Source: Adineta vaga (taxonomy: Eukaryota > Animalia > Rotifera). Taken from it: a DNA stretch of 64,000 bases. The position numbers were made by a program, and so were the translations under genes. The notes beneath the pieces are model-generated. The model ran no database searches. It saw only the letters and a program-made list of their open reading frames with translations, and was not told the origin of the DNA. Numbering within the stretch: position 1 is the stretch's first letter; the number at the start of each line of letters is the position of its first letter. The stretch covers positions 5,332,001 to 5,396,000 of the forward strand of contig CP075496.1 in NCBI GenBank assembly GCA_021613535.1. Reading direction: 5' to 3'. Positions 54,901-64,000 of the stretch are shown in pieces.

Positions 54901-57900
54901 ATGAAAATTACTGAAAGAAAAAGAAATCAAGCAGCGATATTTTACCTTCATTGAATAATGAATTGTTATTATTATTATTATGATTGTTATTATTTATTTC
55001 ATCAAATTCTTGTACCATATTTTGTAAATCAACTAATGATGAGTTGGGAGAATAATAATTACTATGTGATGATTCAGAACCACAGGTCGATTTGATTTCT
55101 TCGAATGAAAAATAATTTTCATTTGTCAATAATAATTGATCATCGGACGTTGATGTTGGTAATAAACACTTGCAAAGAACAAGACGAAAATAATATATAA
55201 CCTATCTGATATATGTACCGTGCGTGTCTCGAGTATAAACTATTGCTCTAGCATATCTGAGTAAAAGAAAGAGACAGAGGGAGAGAGAGAAAAGAAAAGT
55301 AACGCCTCTTGGTGGTAATTGTCTATGTGACGCAACTTTCTCGTGTTCGAGTAGGCGTGAATAACTATGCAGGACAAAAATCTTATACATTTTTTTATTA
55401 TTCTTACACTTTAGCTGTCATCGAACAAATGTATGAATTAAATTAATTGATCTCTAAAGGACAAATTTGTATCTGAAAAGATAAGATTACTCCTTAGACT
55501 TAAAGGTTCACGATGAAATAGACAATCCATTGATATTTGCCATTTTGAACTTTACTTTTTTCAAAGCAAATATAAAGGTGTTTTTTTTTGTTCGTACAAA
55601 TTACTTTTTTTTCTCTGACAGAAAAAAAAGAGGTTATTTCTCTTTATTCTTCAAATGAAGATTTATGATATATCATTAAAGAGATGATTATCTTGTCGAT
55701 GCATATTTGCATCGGTAATATGACTCGTCAAAGTGGTAGTATGGACAAATACGTGTAAATATTTACCTGTAGTTTTTTTTGGAGCTCAAAGATACCGTCC
55801 GAAAGAGATGTCCGAATGAAATCGATTTGAAAAAAGAAAGAAATGTCGTGAAAATGTCTTAGGCCTGAAGATAATAATCATTAGAAGAAACGTTAGTAGT
55901 GAAGAGAACAATGAGAGATGTGTAGTAATTAACGAGAAGAAAAATGATAATACATAAGGAAAAAGAATACAATCGAAAGATAATTACAATGAAGAGAATG
56001 AAATGAGAAATACACATACTTATAATGAGAAAGAGAAAGAAAAGTAATATTATCATCTCTGTTCAGAATAGTCCAAGATCGAACGATAATTATCTCGTAG
56101 TAGATATATTCAATGCTAAGAATACAATTATATATACATGATATTTTTAAAATAATCTGCTGATCATGAACTAAAAACTATAACGATTCAACATGTTCAA
56201 CATGTTCAACGTAACTTTTAAAGTGATCATTTTCTTTAAAGACGTTCTTTACATACAATTTCAAAGAAATCTATCGCAGACGTTTATAAAATTTCATTGC
56301 TGACAGGAGAAGGCCTCAGACTGTCACCTCTCTTTTTGAATAGAAATTGATGAAGTATATATATTTTATGTTTAAAAGTGATGGTCGAAAACGAAAGAGT
56401 GTATAAATCAAATATAGATCCTGAAGGAGACAATCTTCGAAAAAGATCAATAATAGCTGTTGAACTTGAATCTCTTCATACTATTAATTTCGTTTTCAAA
56501 AAATCTTACTTTCGATTCAACAGGATTTGCCATTGAATATTCGGGTTTAAATGATTCTAAATCTACGACAAGCCAAGTATCTTGATCATTCATTGTTATC
56601 GATGAAGTTATTTCATCAATTGTTGATTTGTCTAATGCCAATTCATCTGCATCTGCCTTATACTCACGTACTAATGTTTGAGTCAATGTTAGTTCATTAC
56701 TATTTGTTAATGTCGATTCCGAATATGAATGATCAGGTGATGTGGATGATGGTATATTAAAACAACCATTACGTACTAATGTTTGACAAACATTAACAAA
56801 ATTTGTTTTGTTAATCATTGGTGTACAGATATCTGGATCATCTTTTGTAAATTTATTAAAAAGATAATAAAGATATTCAGTAAGATTTTGATCGATTTGT
56901 TTTATAGATGGAAATGAATTCGGTTTTTTCTTCTTCTTCTTCTTCTTTTCAATTGGTGTTGTTGTTTTATTGGATAAACATTCAACACGTAGAATAAGTA
57001 AATTAATTAATGTTAATATTTCATTATTATCATCATCATGATGAATAAGATTTGTTGAATTTTCATTTGTTAATTGTTGAAAATTATGTATTAACAATGG
57101 AGATGAAGAATCTAATGTCATTTCAATTAATTTTGATTCATGTTGTTGTTGTAAATAAGATGTTTCAGATAAGTTTTTGATATCTTCGGATGATTTATTC
57201 TATGGAAATATATATTTATATATACATACGAGAAAAAGAAAAGAAAGAATGAAATGAAATCTAATAATTCTGTAGGATTGCAAGTGTAGACTCAACTGAC
57301 ATATGATGAATGATTACGTAAAAAAAATAGAGAATAACCATAAAAGTGTGTTCCTTTTTAGAAGTCTAAATCATATAAGCACGATCAATTTGCATTGCAT
57401 CCGTTTGAAATCAAAATGGAAGAGATGAATTCTTTTTCTCAACAAGTTGAAATTGGAGGTAGTTTGAAAATGGAGAAAAGAACGAGAAATGATTATTGGC
57501 AATTATTCTTCAGTAAAGAAAAAGAAATGTAAAAGAATATATGAATAAATAAGATTTTTTCTTTCTTTCTTCTTTTCGATTCATATCGATATCTAATCAA
57601 CAAACTTCTTTATCAATGATTCCTTAACAGAAAATTCTATTGTATTTTACCTTTGTTTTAATTCGTTCGCAATCATTTGTTTGATCATGTGTTGTCGCTC
57701 TTAATTCACTTCGTAAGTATTGAAGAAATGAAGTAACGATTGAAGCTGTTAGATGTTTATTATTATTACACGAATCACTAGCATATCGTCGACGTTGTTT
57801 AAAGTTTTCTTCAATATTTATATTTGAAGAAGAAGACGACGGTGGTGATGACTGACGAGACGGTAGAGACGTCGATCGATTCAATGGTTGATATTTCGTA

Positions 57901-58260
57901 CGTTCAGTCTGGACACTGATTTGTTTGCTTGGGCAAATGTTGTTGTTGTTGATGTTGTTACTGCGATCACAATTGGTGTACTCAGGAGGTGGTCGAACAA
58001 CGGAAGGAAATTGATCAACTAAAAAGAAAGGTCTCTTTTTCTCATCTGTTCAATTATGTGCATATGTTTCATTCTTCTTAATAACAGAGAGAGAGAGAAA
58101 GAACAAAAAATCAAGAATTCGGATCTTATCAAAGATCAACGAAAGAAAAAAATGAATTTGATAAGTATGATAAGAATAAAATACTACGTTCATTCTCACC
58201 TTTTATTGTCTCTGTATCATGCCTATCCTCCTCATCATCTTCTTCGTCGATACGAATCAT
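47250..58260 (-). CDS. Large (~2,200 aa) mostly disordered protein of unknown function with repeated DPIxxRALxRF motif; frameshift near 49735
   Basis: Phase-compatible exons ~58260-58200, 58018-57651, 57199-56510, 55168-54946, 54642-54132, 53343-53285, 53012-51670, 50846-49464, 49405-48651, 48588-47814 and 47667-47250. The 48588-47814 exon is open in frame but missing from the ORF track. Confidence 0.75.
48911..48953. repeat. (AAT)n repeat encoding poly-Asn
   Basis: TTA repeats on the + strand inside a coding exon. Confidence 0.9.
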
Positions 58261-59464
58261 TATTATTGAAAAATCAATGTTTAACAATGTACAAACAGAA
58301 AAAAAGAACTTTTTTCTGTTTTTTCTCTCTTTCTCTCTGTGCTTTTATGTATGTTGTTTCTTCTCAGTATGAGCTCTGTCTTCTCAAATGAAAATGTTCT
58401 AAAACTTTTTTCTTTCTCTCTTTTTATGTTTCTACACTTATAAACTCATCAACGCCGAGGATAATACTTAGATGAATTTTTCTTCGCGATTTTAACGATG
58501 CCAGTTTTCTTTTTGTGTTATGAAATCAAATCAGAAGGGCAGAAGAGTGACAGTTTAAAAAAAACAAGTTTTTGGTCAAACAGACAACACACTTACACAA
58601 GACGAAAATGTTAAGTGTAAAACAAAATCGCAGCCTGACGCATATATGTGACACTACTTAGACAAGTAAGAAGGTAAAGAGAGAGAGAGAGAAAGAGTAA
58701 GCACATGCCGAAACGAAACAAACAAAATAAGTCTATCTATACGATCGCACTTTTCAATGATGTAGTATATGTGCGTATGTTTATACGTCCCACTTGAAAG
58801 ACCTCTCAACTTGAAAAAAGAGTCATGAAGTGAATATATACATATACATATAAAATACATCTCATTTCAAAGTTTTTTTTACAGTCTGAAAATGTCATCA
58901 TTCATACATGAGTAATGCCACTAACTGACTAGCAATTCATTTCTTCTGATCTCACACATATTTATTCGTTTACCTGTTCTATTCATGTTTGTCTGGTATC
59001 AATTCCAAATATCGAAATCGAAACCGATTGTAACGTTTGCTATGGATTAATAACTGATGAGCTTGTCACCATCATTATTCGATTATATCGTTAAAATATC
59101 TTCATATATTGAAGAGAACAATGGATATGAACAGCGTAGAGAGAAAAAAACCGAGAAGCAGCAGAGCGTTATTCGATCTAAGAGATAAGAGTAAAAAAAA
59201 TGCGTTACAAAGAGGGAAGAAAAAAAGAGGGAAGTGGATATTACGCGTGCACTTATTGAACAAAATATACCACATATACATATATATATATATATATATA
59301 CTATGATCGATATGTCAATAGAGCATAGCACATATACACATGCATTATGATGATGATGATGATGATGTCGAGAAAAAAATGCAGATGGAGCCCGTTTTCA
59401 TCGTTTATTTGCACAATAAACACATATACCTCAATTCATTCTGTTCATCATCACATTTTTTTTC

Positions 59465-59493
<29 letters not shown>
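59465..59493. repeat. (CTT)n microsatellite
   Basis: About 10 CTT units in non-coding DNA. Confidence 0.9.
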
Positions 59494-59497
<4 letters not shown>

Positions 59498-62188
59498 GCT
59501 ATTGTTACAAAAATATAGATTATCGATGATGTCGTCTGTTTTCAGTTTAAACCATGGAGCACACATTGTCTGTCTCTGTTATCCATTCCTTAGTTCATCA
59601 ATAGGACATACATATCTGTATGGAATAAATTTCTACAAACAGAAAGATATTACTAATACATGTTAGTAAGATTTCTTCTTCAGATAATGGCCAGATGGTT
59701 TACTATTCTACCTAAATAAATAAATGATGTAAAAAGACATTAAGGTCATTCATTTCAGTTTCATCTGATTACATTCTAAACCATTTAAAACTGTGAATAT
59801 CAACGTTTCGTTTTAACGTATCATCCATCGCTTTTGTTTTATCTGATCAAAAGGCAATTATTCTTTGCCAACACCCACCCACCCACACATATATATATGT
59901 GATGTCAGTTCGGTTTTCTAGATAATATCTTTCGCCTGTTGATCATATTTGAAATGAAAAAAGAAATGGTTACAAAAAAAACTAAATTAGTAAAAGAAAA
60001 CGACAAGGTGTGAACAAATGTGTCATTAAGCCTTCGTTCTTGTTTAGGATACTGATTGAACACATAGGTCAAAGATAATATCACTCTTACGCATTTGATG
60101 TGTTCGAAATGAACACGAAAGTACACCCTTGAAACGAAAAAAAAAGCTCGAGAGCAAGGACAGATTTCATCAATGATAGAGCTATTGGTTTGAACTGATA
60201 AATTATCATCAATACAAAGAAAGAAAGACGAAATATGAGAATAATTGAAATGAATTCATTATTCAATGATTGAAGTTTTTTTTTATGATACAAACCGAAA
60301 TAAAATATTTTTCAATGTCATGAATGAAAAGAAAAACTTTGATATTTTACAACATAGATAATGATATCGAAATAGTATTAGATCAACTACTTTTTAAAAC
60401 AAAGGATGAAAGATGAGAAGATATTCGTAATTCTGTATCAAACTGTTTGAGCTAGTCATTCATTTCTCATCGTATATAATCTTTCTATATCAATTGTGCA
60501 TGCCTACATGTGTGTCTATGTCTGTCTAGTATGTATATTTGATCAATTGATTGTTGATCTTCTAGCATTGGTCTCTCTCTCTCTCTCCCTCTCTTTCTTG
60601 TGTTCGATAAAGAACTTCAAAGGTTATTTATTATTATAGATATAACACGTACATATGAAATTTAGATAGAAACTTCTACGCAAAATTCGATAGTTTTAAT
60701 GAGATGAAATAAGCTTGTAATAAACCAGAAGAAATCAAACGGATTCAATGTTTATCTCATCTCAGTATTTGAAATATTAATTTGAATATGTACTCAAGCA
60801 GAATTTTCCTTTATACTGCTGACTTCTTGTGTTGAATGTTATACTCATCGATCCTATTTTCACGTTACTTCAACACAGAAACCTTAATGCATAGTCTTTT
60901 TTTCGTATGCATTTCAAAAGGTGAATAGATCGAAAAAGCAAAACTTTCTTTACACAATCCCTTCAACGATTATGCATTGGCATTGGATTAGGAGAGAAAA
61001 TAGTTAACCCTGAATATATGTATATGTATGATACTTGTCCTTCTCTTCTTAGTTTAACTAGTAAGGCAAGTAGGGCAAACTCATTTACATATGTGTAAGA
61101 GAATTTCTAGCACAAAATTTGTATGATAAATAAGGCATTATGTTTGTTCAATTTTACTATACAAACTCAATATTCAGATATATATATATATATATATAAA
61201 TTATGCGTATACAGGTCGCCGTATAAATTTCAAATGCTTACTGTGCTGTTTCACGTGTTGCCTTTCGTCGCTATTCCTTCTTCGATGATTACCCATGCGT
61301 TATTTTAGTTTGTCCAGATTGTTTATTTCTTACCTTTGCATACGATTAAGAAATGAGAATTGAAAGACAATCAATGATGAAAACTTACATATTGAAATTA
61401 AAAACAATTTTGATTATATCGTTCATGAATAGGTAAATAAACAATCTGAATAAAATTTTGAGTAAATGAAGATGTTAAACCAACATGTGTGGCTTTTCGA
61501 TAACGTATAACCATAATCATACGATTCATAATTTGATTGAAAATATCAACTAAAACAAACGTATGAATTCAAAGAAAGAAAAATTCAAACATAAACTTAC
61601 TTAAGTCAGTTTTGATTGTGAGATTTGTTATTTTTTCAATGAAGAGACTCTTCAGAATGTTTAGTCGATTATCGCTTATTATTTCTCTATTGATAAAGAT
61701 TGTTATAGATCTATTCTCAGTACAATATTAACAATAAAATGGTATGAAATGCGATTATTTCTTCTTCGTTTTTTTTGTGTATAATAAATTCGATAAAAAA
61801 AGAAATGAAAATTTCTCTCTTTTTTTTCTCCTTCTTTTTCTTTTAGAACTGTCTACACCTTTCTTCTATCGATATGACATAAATCAAGCAGAAGAAATCC
61901 GAATTGATTAGAATTTCAATCTTAAATTAGATTCATTTTGAACAATGAGGAAATCTTTCATGAAATATTATTTCTAAAATTTCAATTTCTCTTTCATTTC
62001 AAGTGTACTCCATCGTTAACAATAACATTTTCATGATTATAAATATGCAGAGATGTGTTTCTTCTATTCATCTATTGTATTCGAAAACTTACAATACGAT
62101 TGTTCAGCTTATATATTTCGTAAACAAATTAGTTGATCTTAAAGAAAAGAAAATCAATCGAATCATTAGAGTATATTTATTTTCTTTT

Positions 62189-64000
62189 TCAGTTTAAATC
62201 AAAATCATTGGCAGATGTTAATTGTGAATAAACAGAATTTAAATTACGACGTGGAGAACGATGAAATATCGTACCACGACGATTGTGTAACGCACTTAGA
62301 AAACCAAGAAGTAAGAAAGCAAATAGAATAGCTAAAATAAAAAATAATGGAGCATAATCTCGTCCAATTGATTTTAATGCAGATGAAGAATCGTTTTCAA
62401 ATTGATCATTGGATTGAATAATTGTTGTAGTTTCATCGTCCGAAAAACCGACTGTTGTTGTTAAAGATGATGCTGATGTTGGCTTTTTAACATCAGCAGT
62501 CGAAGGTTTAATAACATATTCTCTAAAAGGGCAAGCAGAAAAAGAAAACGTTGATGAATTTTTAATTTTAATCTTCACTAACCGTTTAGCTTTGATAATA
62601 CTTGATTTTGTTGAGGGTGATTTTTGACAGATAATAGTAGCCGTTCGATTACAAGGAACTTCATCACAACGAATGACTGGTACTGCATTGGATGTTAAAT
62701 CAATATATGCACAACCCATTTGTTGTTGTTTTATAAGATTTTTCTCAGTCGTAGTTAAACTATCTGATGACATTAAGGCTACATAACGTTCTTTAAATGT
62801 TTTTTCACATAAATCATAAATAGCATTCGAATCGGGAATAATCAATGGATTATCAACATCAACATTATTATATTGAATAACAGTTTGATTGATATTATGA
62901 TAATAAACTCCGACATGTGCGATACCTGTTGATGTATACATTCGTTGACGAATATATAATGATTTAATATATTGTAATGAAACTGATTTTTCAGGTACAA
63001 ATATTATAGCATTATCACGTTGACATTCAGCTTTTGCTTCATTCCAACCAACTTCGTGTGAAATAATTTTATAACAAAAATCATCAACAAGATGATATTG
63101 ATTCGTTTCATCATTACATGAATGATCAATTGTTATATTTGCTGATGTATCAGCAGGATTATCATCAGATATTGGTGGGACAAGAGTTATTTGAGGTTCT
63201 AAATGTTTATCGACACATACAGGCATGGCGGAATTTTTTTCACAAACAATTGATTCACTAATACATCTTTCATGACTTGTTCGACTTTGATTGGATTTTG
63301 GTATATACTGTATAGCAATACAATTTTTACTGATACTCTCATCCGTATTTTCGCATGGTCGAAGTAAACGATCTGATATAGTATTTGGATCAGGTGAATC
63401 ACTTGTTCTATCAATCCAATAATGTCGAGTATCATTGACAAATACAAATTTATAAGTTGTTAATATTTGTTTCATAAGACGTGTATGTAATAAAGATTCA
63501 GGTAGAATATCTTGAATTTCAACGATTTCATTGATTTTTGCAAGTGTAGCACCGACTGATTGACAATATGATAATGCTGAATCAAAAGATGGAGTTTTCG
63601 TTGAAAAATGACTATAAACACATTGTTGATCATTTTCTGCATTTTCAAAACCTAAATGAATCAAATGAAATTGATAAAATTTCAAAATAAAATAGTTAAA
63701 TAGTATTCTTTACCATGTCGACATTTTGGTAGTAGTACGTACATCGAATAGATTGTTGAATTAGATTGATGTCCACATGAATAGAAATAATTTCCTAGAC
63801 ATTGTTGACTACAATCTTGTCCAGTTAAAATAGTTACATCATTTTCTTCATCTTTCATTGGTTTATTTGTACATAAACATGTGTCATTATTGATTAGTGC
63901 ATATTTTTGTTTATATTTTGTACATAATGTTAAACAATATCGTGGATGATAAGCTTGAAGATCAGTAAAAGTAAATCGATAGATTGCCGATTGATTGAAT
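62189..64000 (-). CDS. Type I membrane protein with WSC and two C-type lectin-like domains; 5' end outside the window
   Basis: The exon ending at 63715 encodes PRYCLTLC...YALINNDTCLC...CSQQCLGNYFYSCG (WSC). It is followed by FDSALSYCQSVGATLAKI and CYKIISHEVGWNEAKAECQRDNA (CTLDs), a Ser/Thr stalk, a TM helix (APLFFILAILFAFLLLGFL) and a tail containing YSQL. Confidence 0.85.

Noticed and set aside
56187-56212. 9-bp tandem repeat TTCAACATG
   Set aside because: About three units in an intron; ordinary slippage.

Overview
Eukaryotic, strongly AT-rich, gene-dense genomic DNA with many 50-65 nt GT-AG introns. The intron sizes and one lineage-typical domain family point to a bdelloid rotifer (inference). 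I reconstruct about 18 protein-coding genes. Ciliary genes: CFAP52 (5'-truncated), CFAP276, DAW1, LRRD1-like; two carry RFX X-boxes. Housekeeping genes: PCYT2, fatty acyl-CoA reductase, TBL1XR1/ebi. Others: a MARVEL-like 4-TM protein, a TDRD12-like piRNA factor, a calmodulin-like protein, an atypical PKA regulatory subunit, an EPSTI1-CUE protein, two tandem SRSF7-like genes, a receiver-like/TPR protein, a secreted Cys-rich 'YGRGVG' repeat protein (HGT candidate), a ~2,200-aa disordered protein with a 4x repeated DPIxxRALxRF motif, and a WSC/C-type lectin receptor (5' end outside the window). No rRNA, tRNA, CRISPR or intact transposon was seen. The most notable oddities are the degenerate and frameshifted TDRD12 helicase, a PKA-R lacking the D/D domain with a crippled cAMP site A, a CaaX-terminated calmodulin-like protein, a candidate poison exon in an SR gene, and an apparent GT-TG intron. 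All family assignments come from recalled motifs; no searches were run.
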